Assembly: GCA_039189765.1 (NCBI GenBank)
Contig: JBCCYL010000026.1
Span: forward strand, 2,787 to 66,786
Direction of reading: 5' to 3'
DNA length: 64,000 nt
From: Cyanobacteria bacterium P01_F01_bin.150
GTDB lineage: Bacteria > Cyanobacteriota > Cyanobacteriia > CAKZMO01
A program made the translations under genes and the position numbers. Positions within the stretch are counted from its first letter, which is position 1. Every line of letters starts with the position of its first letter. A model generated the notes under the pieces. That model saw nothing but the letters and a program-made list of their open reading frames with translations. It searched no databases and was not told where the DNA came from. Positions 49,362-60,273 of the stretch are shown here, one piece after another.

Positions 49362-49560
49362 GTATGTGGAAGGATAAGAAGATGGGGTGTTTCGGGTCTT
49401 TTAAAATAACAAGCCATGATGCTTGGGTATCACATGAAGCCAGGTAATGATTGACAGACTAACCACATATAGAACTATTTGGGAGTGCTTTTACAAATGT
49501 AAGGCAATCGCTATGGCTGTAGTTAAAGATACCCTGTTGCAGATCAATAATACAGGAGAT

Positions 49561-51255
49561 TTAGAATTTCGCTTCAGACACGAAATTATTGGCAAGAGTC
49601 AGGGCGTTGAGTTGGGCTTTAGACTTATTAAGGGATTCAATCCATTCATGGGTGGGCTGGCTATCGGCAACAATTCCTGCACCCACTTGGCCCCAGATAA
49701 GCCGAGGCGAACAGGGTGAAGTAGGGTTAGGCTGAGATTCACACAGCAAGGTGCGAATCAAAATATTCAGGTCTAACATCCCCCTTTGATCCAAATAGCC
49801 ACAGGATCCATAAAAAAGGCTACGACGAACGGGTTCCAATTCTTCAATAATTTCCATACAGCGCACCTTAGGGCATCCGGTAATCGTACCGCCAGGAAAG
49901 AGCGATCGCACCACATCAACAACCGTTTGGCCGGGAGCGAGAGTGCCGACAACATTACTGACTAAATGCATCACATGACTATAGCTTTCGATGGTCAGCA
50001 GTTCGTCCACTTGAACGCTGCCCCATTGGCAAACGCGTCCTAAGTCATTACGCTCCAGATCCACCAACATAATGTGTTCAGCATTTTCTTTACGATTATC
50101 TGTTAGTTCCTGCTCATAGGCTAAGTCTTGCTCAAGTGTACTACCTCGTGGACGGGTTCCTGCTATTGGGCGAGTTTCGACAATGCGATCGCGGACCTTA
50201 ACTAACCGCTCGGGGGAACAGCTAACCACATCGCCCCAGGGGGTATGCCAATAGCTAGAAAAAGGAGAGGGATTAACCTGCTGTAGGGATCGATAAATGA
50301 GCCAACTAGGAGCCGCCGTTGTCGTCGAAAATCTTAGGGATAAATTAGTCTGAAAGATATCACCGGCCTGAATGTAGGCTTTGGCTTTCCGGACGGCTTC
50401 TTCGTAGTCCTGTTGGTTGGAAAGGAAGTTGAGGGTAGTCGAGGTGGGGAGTTGGGGAGGTGGGGAGGTGGGGAGTTGGGGGGGGAGGATGCTGGTGAGG
50501 TGATGGCTGAGGGTGTCGAGGTCGGAGGGGTTGGTGGCTGCTAGCCAGAGAGTTTGATCGAGGTGATCGAGAATGACAAACGTTTCGGGTTCATACCAGA
50601 AGGAAACAGGAAACGGGAGGGGATCGGCGTTTTGTTCTGGTAGAGTTTCAATTTCCCAGGCGACATCATAGCCTAACCAACCTAGCCAGCCTCCGTGAAA
50701 GGGAAGATGGGGAGGTGGGGAGGTGGGGAGCAAGGAGGCAGGGGAGCGGGGGAGCGGGGGAGCGGGGGAGCGGGCAAGCAGAATTTGGAGGGTGGAGAGG
50801 TGGGTGCCTGGTTTTGGAGTCCAGTGTTGGGATTGATTATTGAGGATGCGGGGTGCTCCGGCGCAGATTGAGTAGCGGGGTGTTGGGCGTTGGGCGTTGG
50901 GGCGTTGGGCGTTGGGGCGTTGGGCGTTGGGGCGTTGGAGAAGGGAGGCATTGGAGTCAGGGGATGAGGGACTTTCGAGGAGGGTAGCGATCGCGCTTTT
51001 CGGCATGCTTGTCTCAGGCTCAATGTATAGCGCCTGAAAGATTTCAGCTCCAGTGCGATGGTTGAGGGGGAGCGATCGCCAATGCCAAGGCTGTAGTGGA
51101 CAGTCCGCAGAAGGGCTGTCTCCACTTCCTGGAGGTAGCCGTGAATCATGGGTCTCAGAATTCAATACGTTTTGCTCCATGATCTTTGATTCTCTCCCCA
51201 AACTACTGAATACTGAAATCCTTATTGGATGCTGAAATTCGCCTTTGATGCCCAC
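49561..51255 (-). CDS. Chorismate-binding enzyme (aminodeoxychorismate/anthranilate synthase component I family) with low-complexity Pro-rich and QRPNA-repeat insertions
   Basis: C-terminal chorismate-binding signatures (VGAGIVADSQPTHEWIESLNKSKA; LFPGGTITGCPK) and N-domain GGWLGWLGYD. Carries QRPNAQRPNAQRPNAQRP and LPTSPPPQLPTSPPP inserts. The start may be the internal MEQNV. Confidence 0.7.
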   Translation of the reverse strand: MGIKGEFQHPIRISVFSSLGRESKIMEQNVLNSETHDSRLPPGSGDSPSADCPLQPWHWRSLPLNHRTGAEIFQALYIEPETSMPKSAIATLLESPSSPDSNASLLQRPNAQRPNAQRPNAQRPTPRYSICAGAPRILNNQSQHWTPKPGTHLSTLQILLARSPAPPLPRSPASLLPTSPPPHLPFHGGWLGWLGYDVAWEIETLPEQNADPLPFPVSFWYEPETFVILDHLDQTLWLAATNPSDLDTLSHHLTSILPPQLPTSPPPQLPTSTTLNFLSNQQDYEEAVRKAKAYIQAGDIFQTNLSLRFSTTTAAPSWLIYRSLQQVNPSPFSSYWHTPWGDVVSCSPERLVKVRDRIVETRPIAGTRPRGSTLEQDLAYEQELTDNRKENAEHIMLVDLERNDLGRVCQWGSVQVDELLTIESYSHVMHLVSNVVGTLAPGQTVVDVVRSLFPGGTITGCPKVRCMEIIEELEPVRRSLFYGSCGYLDQRGMLDLNILIRTLLCESQPNPTSPCSPRLIWGQVGAGIVADSQPTHEWIESLNKSKAQLNALTLANNFVSEAKF

Positions 51256-51373
51256 TATCGCCTCAATACAAGATCACAAAGCCTCAAATTTTCACCCGTA
51301 AGGTAAGCGATCGTAAATCTTGGCAGAGTAGAGTAAACAATGCCACCCCATTGGGAATTAGAGGCTACTCCCC

Positions 51374-51430
51374 AACTCTAAAACGCCTTAACTCTAAAAC
51401 GCCTCAACTCTAAAACGCCTCAACTCTAAG
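51374..51430. repeat. Tandem repeat, 18-bp unit AACTCTAAAACGCCT(C/T)(A/C)A, ~3.3 copies, in the upstream region of the chorismate-enzyme gene
   Basis: Read directly from the sequence. Confidence 0.8.
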
Positions 51431-51537
51431 GCGATTTTGCGAAAGCAATCTACCAACGGCGATGGGTTACACTGTCGCTAACCCATCCTACAAGCTGCTC
51501 CCTTGCCCCCTTGCTCCTCGGCTCCCCTGCCCAAACC

Positions 51538-52506
51538 CTATCCCCACAAAAAACGAGCAGTCACAAACATGATCAGGCCCAGAATCACCAGCAAATCTCC
51601 TTTTCCAAGCTTAAACTGATGCCACTGTACATAATGGGTATCAGGACTAGTAAAGCCTCTGACCTGCATCGCACTGGCGATTTGTTCAGCACGCATCAGT
51701 AAATTTTGCAGTAGCCGCTCCGCTACGGTCAGCCAAATCTGGAGAGTGCCTCGAACGCCCAGTTTTTTCCAGTTAATCGCACGAGTACTCACTGCCCGAA
51801 TTAGGTTTTGGACTTCTTCTAAAACCAAGGGAATAAACCGCAGAGACAAGGTGAGGGTCAAAACAATCTCAGTGATGGGTATTCCCATTTTCCGCAAGGG
51901 CGAAAGCCAGAAATTCATCCCAGCTGTAATTTCTTCCGGAGCCGTGGTTAACAAATATAAGTTGCTGCTGTATAGCAATGTAAACGTTAAGGTGGACAGT
52001 CGAACCGCCAGATCTAGGGAACGGCGAGTAATCCGAAAAATTCCTTTGTCAAACAAGACATATCGATAATTTGTAGGCTGGGGCAGCGTGGGGAAAAAGC
52101 CCTGTTGATCTGAAGGAGACCCTTGGGATTGATTTGGTGCGTCGTTTGTGAGAGGGCTATCAGTTGCGGAAGGGGTGGGCAGCGATCCCCACTCTTGTGG
52201 CGGTAGTCGGGGTTGATGGGAGGCATTAATCCCGTCAGGCAAAAAGACAGTGACCCCAAATAGCAGCAGTGAAAAGGCTAATAGGAGGCCAATTTGCCGC
52301 TTCCAAATGCGAATTGGAATGCGAGCGCTAATCGTTAGAATCAGCAGAAAAACAACAATACCTAAACGCCATTGGGGATTGGCTGCAATGGGTGTCAGCA
52401 AAAATCCGAGTAGCCAAACAAACTTGATCCGGGAATCCAGCCGATGGAGCCAGGTTAGAGGTTGTTCAATGTAGAGACCAATGGGAAGCGATCGCAGTAA
52501 ATCCAT
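51538..52506 (-). CDS. ECF transporter T component (EcfT/CbiQ-like) with an inserted hydrophilic loop
   Basis: N-terminal LHRLDSRIK-FVWLLGFLL pattern typical of EcfT; 5-6 TM segments; ~70-aa Pro/Ser/Gln-rich insertion. Confidence 0.55.
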   Translation of the reverse strand: MDLLRSLPIGLYIEQPLTWLHRLDSRIKFVWLLGFLLTPIAANPQWRLGIVVFLLILTISARIPIRIWKRQIGLLLAFSLLLFGVTVFLPDGINASHQPRLPPQEWGSLPTPSATDSPLTNDAPNQSQGSPSDQQGFFPTLPQPTNYRYVLFDKGIFRITRRSLDLAVRLSTLTFTLLYSSNLYLLTTAPEEITAGMNFWLSPLRKMGIPITEIVLTLTLSLRFIPLVLEEVQNLIRAVSTRAINWKKLGVRGTLQIWLTVAERLLQNLLMRAEQIASAMQVRGFTSPDTHYVQWHQFKLGKGDLLVILGLIMFVTARFLWG

Positions 52507-52522
52507 GTAGCGTCTTCACTCC

Positions 52523-53890
52523 CTACACTTTAGTCGCTCGATTCTTGCTGGCCCGTTCAATATCTCGCATTTTCTTACCGCGCCAGAGCAGGCGAATCGG
52601 AGTTCCAGCAAAGCCAAGCTGATCGCGAAATTGACGTTCAATGTAGCGACGATAGCTGTCTCCAAAAAGCTTGGGATCGTTGACGAACAAGGCAACGGTG
52701 GGGGGTTGGCTAGACACTTGGGTACCGTAGTAGATGCGGCCTTGGCGACCTTGGCGGGTGGTGGGAGGGCTGTGCCAGCCAGTGGCTTCTTCCAAGACTT
52801 CGTTGATCACCGATGTGGTCACTCTGCGCTTGTGCCCAGCAGCGGCGGCATTAACTTGGTCTAAAATCTTGGGTACGCGTTGTCCGGTTAACGCGCTGAC
52901 ATAAATGCTTTCGGCCCAGTCTAGGAAGTATAGACGCGATCGCAGCTCCTTATCGTAATCGTAAATAGTCGCTGAGTCTTTCTCAATTAGATCCCACTTA
53001 TTGACAACAATCACGCAGGCTCGCCCCTCATCTTCAATCCGACCCGCCAGCTTTTGATCCTGGTCCGTGACACCATCCACCGCATCGACCACCAAAAGCA
53101 CCACATCAGCCCGTCGAATGGCCTTAAAGCTACGGTTAATGCTGAAAAATTCAGGACCATATCGGACATTTTTCTTTCGCCGTATCCCCGCTGTATCGAC
53201 AAGCCGATAACGCTGATCGTCTCGTTCGACAATCATGTCGATGGAGTCACGGGTTGTACCAGAGATCGGGCTAACAATCGCCCGTTTTTCTCCCACAAAG
53301 GTATTGAGCATACTAGATTTGCCCACGTTTGGACGACCTACGATGGCCACGCGGATTTCATTTAATTCTTCCAACTGATCTGTTGGTGGCAAGTGGGTAA
53401 TCAGTTCGTCAAGCAACTCCCCAGTTCCATTGCCATGAATGCTGGAAATCGGGAACGGTTCCCCCAGCCCCAGCCCCCAGAATTGAGCGGCTTGAATTAA
53501 TCCTTGTTCGGGGGATTCGCACTTATTGACTGCCAGTACGACAGGCACAGACTGCTGGCGTAAAAGATGGGCGATAGTCTCATCCGCCGCCGTCGGCCCT
53601 TCTTGGCCATCTACCACCAATATAGCTGCACTAGCCTCTGAGAGCGCCAGCATTGCTTGCTCTCGAATCATCGGCAAAAACTCGGTATCATCATCAAACA
53701 CTAGCCCACCAGTATCCACCACTCGAAAATCGCGATTGAGCCAAAACGCTTCTTTGTAAGTGCGATCGCGCGTAACGCCTGGTTCATCATGCACAATGGC
53801 ATCCCGAGCCCCCGCCATTCGATTAACAAACGTGGATTTGCCCACATTGGGCCGACCAATAATAGCAACGATGGGAAGTGCGAGTGACAT
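52523..53890 (-). CDS. der: Ribosome-associated GTPase Der (EngA), double GTPase domains plus a KH-like C-terminus
   Basis: Two G-domains, each with GRPNVGKS(T/S) P-loop, DTGG/DTAG and NKxD (NKCE/NKWD) motifs. Confidence 0.9.
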   Translation of the reverse strand: MSLALPIVAIIGRPNVGKSTFVNRMAGARDAIVHDEPGVTRDRTYKEAFWLNRDFRVVDTGGLVFDDDTEFLPMIREQAMLALSEASAAILVVDGQEGPTAADETIAHLLRQQSVPVVLAVNKCESPEQGLIQAAQFWGLGLGEPFPISSIHGNGTGELLDELITHLPPTDQLEELNEIRVAIVGRPNVGKSSMLNTFVGEKRAIVSPISGTTRDSIDMIVERDDQRYRLVDTAGIRRKKNVRYGPEFFSINRSFKAIRRADVVLLVVDAVDGVTDQDQKLAGRIEDEGRACVIVVNKWDLIEKDSATIYDYDKELRSRLYFLDWAESIYVSALTGQRVPKILDQVNAAAAGHKRRVTTSVINEVLEEATGWHSPPTTRQGRQGRIYYGTQVSSQPPTVALFVNDPKLFGDSYRRYIERQFRDQLGFAGTPIRLLWRGKKMRDIERASKNRATKV

Positions 53891-54204
53891 AGAAAAAGTG
53901 GTATGAGTGATTGCCTAGTTTGATAGATACTAATTAGAGCAGAGGTGTCCCCAGATGAAGCTTTAGTTAGGTTATGGCCACATATCGATTTTGAACCAAT
54001 CGAACCCACTGAAGTAACAGATAGATCCAAAATGCCCAGTTGTCTATCTTAGCGCTCTCTGAAGATTTCAACGCAACAAAGATCAAAACCCCCCATTGAA
54101 ACTCAACACGTCAGGGAGCCTATTTTGTCCTACGAAACCTCAGAACAGCTTGTACTCAAGGATATTCACAAACGTTTTGCGCCTAAATTATGGGCATTTT
54201 TACG

Positions 54205-54588
54205 TCACCGTTGTTCTACGGTAGAAGGTACGTCCGTAAGACCAAAATGTTGCATAAGCATAGCAATGCCAAAGAGGGAGATGCCTCCAATGATCACGCC
54301 TATCACAATAAGAACAATATAAACTTTGAGAGCTGATCGACGGGCCTTATCAAATCGTTCACCTTGATCTTCAAACACTGGAATTAACTCTGGTGGCTCT
54401 TGGGACTGCCTAGTCAAGCTTGAACGATTGCCTGCCTCTAAACCATCTCCCCCCTTCCCGTATCCATACGAAGAGCCTGTTTTGGAAAACCCATTGCGAT
54501 TTAGACCGTTGGTTGATTTGCCATTGCCATTTTGTGGAAGTGACTGATCATCTGGGGAAAAAGGGTCCATAGGCCTCCATACGTTCAA
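54205..54588 (-). CDS. Small hypothetical protein with a C-terminal TM helix
   Basis: ORF with one hydrophobic segment (VYIVLIVIGVIIGGISLFGIAMLM). Confidence 0.3.
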   Translation of the reverse strand: MNVWRPMDPFSPDDQSLPQNGNGKSTNGLNRNGFSKTGSSYGYGKGGDGLEAGNRSSLTRQSQEPPELIPVFEDQGERFDKARRSALKVYIVLIVIGVIIGGISLFGIAMLMQHFGLTDVPSTVEQR

Positions 54589-55076
54589 CGTAATAATTTA
54601 GCTAAGGCAACATTCAGTGCCAAATACTTTTACTGTTCTAATGGATCTCTGCCACTCTTTTACTAAAAATGCAATAAGAACTGTTTCTTGCGGCTCCTTC
54701 TTGCAGCTCCTTCAGATATCTATACATTGTATGAGAAAGAAACTCAATATGGGAAAAATAAAGGCTTACTTGCCCATTTTTAGGCCAAAATATGCATATT
54801 GCTTCCCGAAATAAACAATCATTGAGGGGTATAATTTTTCCTTGCGTTTATTGATACCTTAAGATGTGCTACTTTTGGGCAAAATAGCATCAACATATTA
54901 GATGCGACTAAGGGGCTAGCCCTATACTCTTTCCTCCTGCACCGCTTGACAAAAGTGGATAACCTTAGAGATACAAGCCATCTTTGACTGAAGAGAGGCA
55001 GAAATAGCCTTAGTTATCGTTTGATAAAAGCGTAGGTATTGCGCGTCAACTGAACCCGAAACCAGAGATTAAAGAC

Positions 55077-56066
55077 ATGGAAGTTGTCGAATTAAAGTTT
55101 TTGCTGGCTCTACTAGGTCATCCCCCTGATTATCACACTGCTTTATCAGAATTACGTCCCACGGAAAGTCGCTCTGATCGGAATCGAGCCTGTCGCCAGT
55201 TGCGCGATCGCAACTTAATTGGCTGTTCTGAGGAAATCATGCAGTTCAAAACCTCCCCATCGGGTAAAGCCCTATTGACGCTATCTGAACAATCTTCAGT
55301 GCTCGGTGATTCTGAGTCTTCAAGCACCGGTAAAGCGAAAACGTCGGCCAAGGGCAAAGCGAAGGCAAAGACAAAGGGAACAAAGACGAAAGGAAAAGCA
55401 ATTAAAGGGACATCAAAGACGAAGGCAAAGGCCAGTAGTGAGGTCTTACCGATCACCAAAGACGAGATTAAGCTTCTGAAGGCGGGATTAAAAGGTCTCA
55501 TTACCCCCGGAAAAGCAATGAAAGGGACGCCACCCCAAAAACGTCAGGAGTTATTGCAGGAGCTAGATACGCGAGGTCTGATCCAGGCAGAAACCCAGAT
55601 CAAGAATGTGTGGCTAACCCCCCAAGGACGGGAATTTCTGATTAGCGATTGTCACCCCGACGGCAACCATACGGTGAGCTTTAACTTTTTGAGAAACTGT
55701 ATGGATTTTTTCCGGGGGGAATTAAAGCGATCGCCTGCACCGAATGGCAAAACGACGGCTGCAATCCCTAATGATTTGTGCTGGGATAAATCGCAAAAGC
55801 CAGGTGCTGAGGATGTTTTAGATCTAATTCAAGCATTAGATCAGGCATTAGAGACTCACAATTATCTGCCACTGTTTCACCTCCGCTATGCCGTGCAGCC
55901 TCCCCTTGTTGCCGATGAATTGGATCAGATCCTGTATCAGCTTCAACGAGAGGACAAAATTGAGTTAAGCTCTCTGCAAGACGCGATCGCCTACACTGCT
56001 GACCAGCTCAGTTCAGGTATTCCCCAGGATATTGGTGGTCCTTTATTTTTTGTTTCCCTATGCTGA
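55077..56066 (+). CDS. Hypothetical protein with a histone-H1-like lysine-rich linker (KAKTSAKGKAKAKTKGTKTKGK) between helical segments; possible DNA-binding protein
   Basis: Lys/Ala/Thr/Gly-rich ~45-aa stretch flanked by regions with winged-helix-like character; 50 bp upstream of the NTPase gene on the same strand. Confidence 0.45.
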   Translation: MEVVELKFLLALLGHPPDYHTALSELRPTESRSDRNRACRQLRDRNLIGCSEEIMQFKTSPSGKALLTLSEQSSVLGDSESSSTGKAKTSAKGKAKAKTKGTKTKGKAIKGTSKTKAKASSEVLPITKDEIKLLKAGLKGLITPGKAMKGTPPQKRQELLQELDTRGLIQAETQIKNVWLTPQGREFLISDCHPDGNHTVSFNFLRNCMDFFRGELKRSPAPNGKTTAAIPNDLCWDKSQKPGAEDVLDLIQALDQALETHNYLPLFHLRYAVQPPLVADELDQILYQLQREDKIELSSLQDAIAYTADQLSSGIPQDIGGPLFFVSLC

Positions 56067-56115
56067 AGTCCTCTCTCCGCCGTTGTCCTTGCCCTGCTCT
56101 CCCTGCTTGTGACCT

Positions 56116-58281
56116 ATGAACTCTATTGACCAACTTGTTTGCCAAGCAATTAATCCCTTTGACCCGGCAACCTTCAAGCCGGGTAACTTTTGGTATGAGC
56201 AGCCTGATTTAGAATTGGAAGTCGATTCTATTCATCAAGACGCGGTCGATCAGGCCAGTGAAATGGTGACCCAGGTTGTGGCAGACCACCAAACCCGTAC
56301 GTTGCTATTAATGGGAGACTCTGGCTCCGGTAAGTCTTACTTGTTGGGACGGATAAAACGGCAGCTAAACGACCAGGCATCTTTTGTCTATATTGATCCA
56401 TTTCCAGACAGTCAGGCCATTTGGCGACACATCTTACGGTACACCGTTGATGGATTAATTCAAGCACCCATCGTAAGTGGGGAAGCCGCTTCAACTAAAG
56501 CTAAATCCAAATCTAAATCGAGGAAAAAACCGCAGTCCCAGCTGCTCCGCTGGTTGAAGCAGCTAGCAGTGCTTGACTCAAAAGATGTGGGTAAATGGGG
56601 CAAAATTAAGCGTCAGCGAGTCATTCAAAAGCTGAAGGATGCCTATCCCACTGGCATTTACAACCCCAGTGAATTTTTTGGAGCACTGTATGATCTCCTA
56701 GATCCCAGTCGCTATACCACCGCCTGTGAGTGGCTGCGGGGGGATGACATAGATCAAGAAAGTCTCGAAACGTTGCAGGTGAAGGAGGCGATCGTCACCG
56801 AAGATGCAGCTCAAAAAATCCTTGCCAACTTTGGTCGCATTGCCGCCGATACCCAGCCGATTATTTTGTGCTTTGACCAGCTCGACAACATTGCTCGCAA
56901 TGCGGAAGGACAGATAGATTTACAATCTCTATTTGGCGTTAACTCTACTATTCACAATCAAGGGCTAAAGAATTTTCTGGTCATTATCAGCATCATTACC
57001 AGCACGTGGCGGCAGCAATCCCAGCTCATACAGACGGCTGATCGCGCTCGCATTGACCAAACCGTCTCCCTACGTCGGATTTCCCTTGACCAGGCAGAAG
57101 CCCTGTGGGCCTATCGTCTTGCCCCGCTCCATGCGGAAGCGGATCCGGCACCAGAATCGGCGATCGCACCCTTTAGCCGCAGGGCTTTAGACCGTAAATT
57201 TCCCGGCGGAAAAACCCATCCCCGCAATGTATTGGAGCTAGGCCGTCGCCAGTTCCAAGCCGTAAAAACAGGGGTAGCTGATAAGCTTGGTTTGGATGGA
57301 ACGGGTGTCCCTTCTGAGGCCAAGACACCTTCGACAGGGACTCAATCCTCAGGACCGATGCTGGCACAGAGCAAAGAGGATCGAGTGGCGGCCTTTCGGC
57401 TACTATGGCGGAAAGAATTGGCCCAAACCCAAGAGAGAATTACCCGCCTGCGTCAGCTTGCAGCTCCTGATCTAATTCTGATGCTACAGGAAATGCTGGA
57501 GGTCATCAAGATTGAGGATGTGCGATCGCGCCTTATCCCCAGCCAGACCTACACAAGCCATTCCCTCAGCTATAAGGCTCGCCCCACCGATAATCTCCCC
57601 TCCCACGCTCGGATTGGGGTAGTGTGGAACGATGATCCCAATATGACAACCTTTTACCATGTGATGAATGCCTGTTGGCGAGTCACATCCATTGGCCTTT
57701 GCCATACCCTGTACCTGATTCGTTCATCCCATACTGGAAAACGAGGCCGCAAGAGTAATGCCTTGTTTAATGAGATTTTTGATGGCAAGCCCCATCAACG
57801 CATTCGCGTCGATCTGCTATCGGTCCAGTATTTGGCAACCTACCATCGCTTGGTCAATGCAGCCCATGGCCAGGAACTGATGGTGGCAGGGGCCATCATT
57901 GGCCTGGAGGGGCTAGAGTCATTGATGCGGAAAGCCCGAATTCCTCGCAACTGTCGATTACTACAGGATTTAGGCTTAGTGTGGGGACGTGAGCGACGTT
58001 CACACAGCGCTTCGGAGGACGCATCCAGTCAAGAGGATGAGCCAAATCCTGTACGCCTTAGTAAGGAATTGGAACCCATCAAAGAGTTTCTCCTGGATTT
58101 GATTAAAACTCACCGGATTTTAGGCGTTTCCACCCTAATTGATACAGCAGCAATGGAGTTTCCCCAAGTGCCGCCGGACCAGTGGCAGAAGTTGGTGACT
58201 GATTTGTGTAAAGGGAAACAGGTTAAGCTACTGGACCCAAAGGCAAAATTGGATGCTCAACTTATTGCCTTTTCTGACTAG
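56116..58281 (+). CDS. NACHT/STAND-like P-loop NTPase (721 aa) without recognisable repeat sensor domains
   Basis: Walker A LLLMGDSGSGKSY, Walker B IILCFDQLDN (the hhhhD-G/Q-hD-E/N pattern of STAND NTPases), then LVIISIITSTWRQ resembling the NACHT TSR motif. Confidence 0.5.
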   Translation: MNSIDQLVCQAINPFDPATFKPGNFWYEQPDLELEVDSIHQDAVDQASEMVTQVVADHQTRTLLLMGDSGSGKSYLLGRIKRQLNDQASFVYIDPFPDSQAIWRHILRYTVDGLIQAPIVSGEAASTKAKSKSKSRKKPQSQLLRWLKQLAVLDSKDVGKWGKIKRQRVIQKLKDAYPTGIYNPSEFFGALYDLLDPSRYTTACEWLRGDDIDQESLETLQVKEAIVTEDAAQKILANFGRIAADTQPIILCFDQLDNIARNAEGQIDLQSLFGVNSTIHNQGLKNFLVIISIITSTWRQQSQLIQTADRARIDQTVSLRRISLDQAEALWAYRLAPLHAEADPAPESAIAPFSRRALDRKFPGGKTHPRNVLELGRRQFQAVKTGVADKLGLDGTGVPSEAKTPSTGTQSSGPMLAQSKEDRVAAFRLLWRKELAQTQERITRLRQLAAPDLILMLQEMLEVIKIEDVRSRLIPSQTYTSHSLSYKARPTDNLPSHARIGVVWNDDPNMTTFYHVMNACWRVTSIGLCHTLYLIRSSHTGKRGRKSNALFNEIFDGKPHQRIRVDLLSVQYLATYHRLVNAAHGQELMVAGAIIGLEGLESLMRKARIPRNCRLLQDLGLVWGRERRSHSASEDASSQEDEPNPVRLSKELEPIKEFLLDLIKTHRILGVSTLIDTAAMEFPQVPPDQWQKLVTDLCKGKQVKLLDPKAKLDAQLIAFSD

Positions 58282-58552
58282 CCATGAAAAAACTCCAGGA
58301 TACTGGCCAGACAGGAAATCTAAGTTCCCATGTGGCCTAAATCCTAGAGTGCTCATCACGTTCATCTATGGAGTTAAATTAAATTAGTTGTTGGGGTTCA
58401 TTGTTATTGAACCACTGGTGACTGCACGATAAAGTTGCTGCTTGTCAAAGTATCTGCATCGACCCCCTTCAACACTGCCAGCGTTTTAGGACGGGTATCA
58501 CCGTCTAAACCATCGACGTCGATACCGATCTTAGTGCCACGCTTTGATTGCC

Positions 58553-58975
58553 CTAGAACGATGTCACCAGAGCTTCGAAAATAGCGCCTTCACTGCCTGC
58601 CGTATCGGTAAGGTTAGCAAAGTCGTCAAGCACATACCCCACTTGCTGAAGCAACGCAGCCACAAGCTGATCGGGCAGAGCATCTGCTAAAAATTCCTCC
58701 GCTAAATAAACGGTGTTGGCTTCCGCCACATAAACGGCAGTTCCTCCATCTAAGACCTCAGCTGCTACTAATTCCAATGGAATGAGCGCGGTTAAACCTT
58801 CAAGGCCTAGGGTACTGATTATTTTCTGTACAGTTTCTAGGTTTAGCTGGTCACCAAAAACATCAGCTAACAGCACTGTGGCGTCTGTTTGTGAGAAAAA
58901 TGTGCTAAGAATTGTTGCTGCCTGTACCAGAGCATTATCGAGTTTTGTGGCAAGATCGGGCGTTGCAGTAGGCAT
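58553..58975 (-). CDS. Hypothetical acidic Ala/Leu-rich protein
   Basis: ORF only. Confidence 0.3.
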   Translation of the reverse strand: MPTATPDLATKLDNALVQAATILSTFFSQTDATVLLADVFGDQLNLETVQKIISTLGLEGLTALIPLELVAAEVLDGGTAVYVAEANTVYLAEEFLADALPDQLVAALLQQVGYVLDDFANLTDTAGSEGAIFEALVTSF

Positions 58976-59527
58976 AGGTTAAACCTCTTAAAGATGTTGT
59001 CATGTGTGAGTAGAGTGCGCTTGCTCTCTGTAGTTAATATGACATCTTCAATAGAGGATGAGTATCTATAAAACCTGATATATAGTTGATAATCTAAACT
59101 TAATAAGTGAAATTACATAACTATTTCATATGTACATTCTTGTATTTAACATCACACTAATAGCAACTCTATCCAAATCATGTAAGCACTGCATGCCCGC
59201 ATTACTCGTCAAGGTTGTTTCGCCTTGAAACGCAACGCCATCGAACTGATTAGCCATCAATTTCCATCCTGTCCGGGACAATTCAGCTAAATTACATTGA
59301 GAGTTGAAAATAACGGTAACCATTTAATGCTCTGGAGGCTAGAATGAGCGAGAAATCTTGCTCTAGAGAGGAACCTCGACCTTAATCTAGCGATCATGCG
59401 ACCAGAATAACAATTAGCGTAGGGTTTGAAGATTCCCCATCATTGCGAGATCGGGCACTGGAGGAAGACATGCTATGTCCAATATGTTTTCAATCCAAGA
59501 GCACTGAGTCGTTATTGATTTTCTATT

Positions 59528-60163
59528 ATGAATGAATTAAATCTATCAAAGGTTGTCAGTGAAAGCTGGAGGTTATTCTCTGAAAACCTCGTAGTTATTT
59601 TGTCCGTCTTTATTGTTTACATCATCGTAAGCATTCTCACATCTTTCTTGACTGCAGCCGTGCCTGAAGATGCGGTTGGTCTGGTTGTAATTGTCAACGT
59701 AATAGATTTCATGATCTCCTCTTTCCTGACGGCTGGCCTCTATAGATTTGGGCTAAATATCATACAAGGAAGAGATGCTGCTGTAGGAGATTTATTTTCG
59801 CAATCGGCTAGCACAACGCTAAAACTGATTGGATTGTCTATCCTCGTTGGATTACTCGTCTTAGTTGGGTTTATCCTACTGATCGTACCTGGAATTATCC
59901 TAGCCCTGAAATACTCCATGGTCTTCCAGGTTTTAATCGATGAGCGAGTTGGTCCACTGGAGGCGATGGATAAAAGTTCTCAGCTAACCTCTGGCCATAA
60001 ACTCCAGTTATTCTTGCTTGGATTTATTAACCTGGGCATTATCATACTCGGAGCACTATGTTTTGGCATTGGCCTTCTGGTTGCACTTCCCGTCACGTGG
60101 CTGACAACATTCGTTGCCTATAAGATGCTCAATCCAGCCATCACAGATATGCAGCCTGTATAA
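59528..60163 (+). CDS. Polytopic membrane protein, unknown family
   Basis: 4-5 predicted TM helices; no catalytic motifs. Confidence 0.4.
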   Translation: MNELNLSKVVSESWRLFSENLVVILSVFIVYIIVSILTSFLTAAVPEDAVGLVVIVNVIDFMISSFLTAGLYRFGLNIIQGRDAAVGDLFSQSASTTLKLIGLSILVGLLVLVGFILLIVPGIILALKYSMVFQVLIDERVGPLEAMDKSSQLTSGHKLQLFLLGFINLGIIILGALCFGIGLLVALPVTWLTTFVAYKMLNPAITDMQPV

Positions 60164-60273
60164 CTTATGTTGGTGATTGGACATCTAATCAGCGGCAGCC
60201 CTCTCTTAAATCCCATGATTCACAGATGAACGTGTTTAAGCCCAATAGGCCATTAGGGCATCAAGCTCAATCA

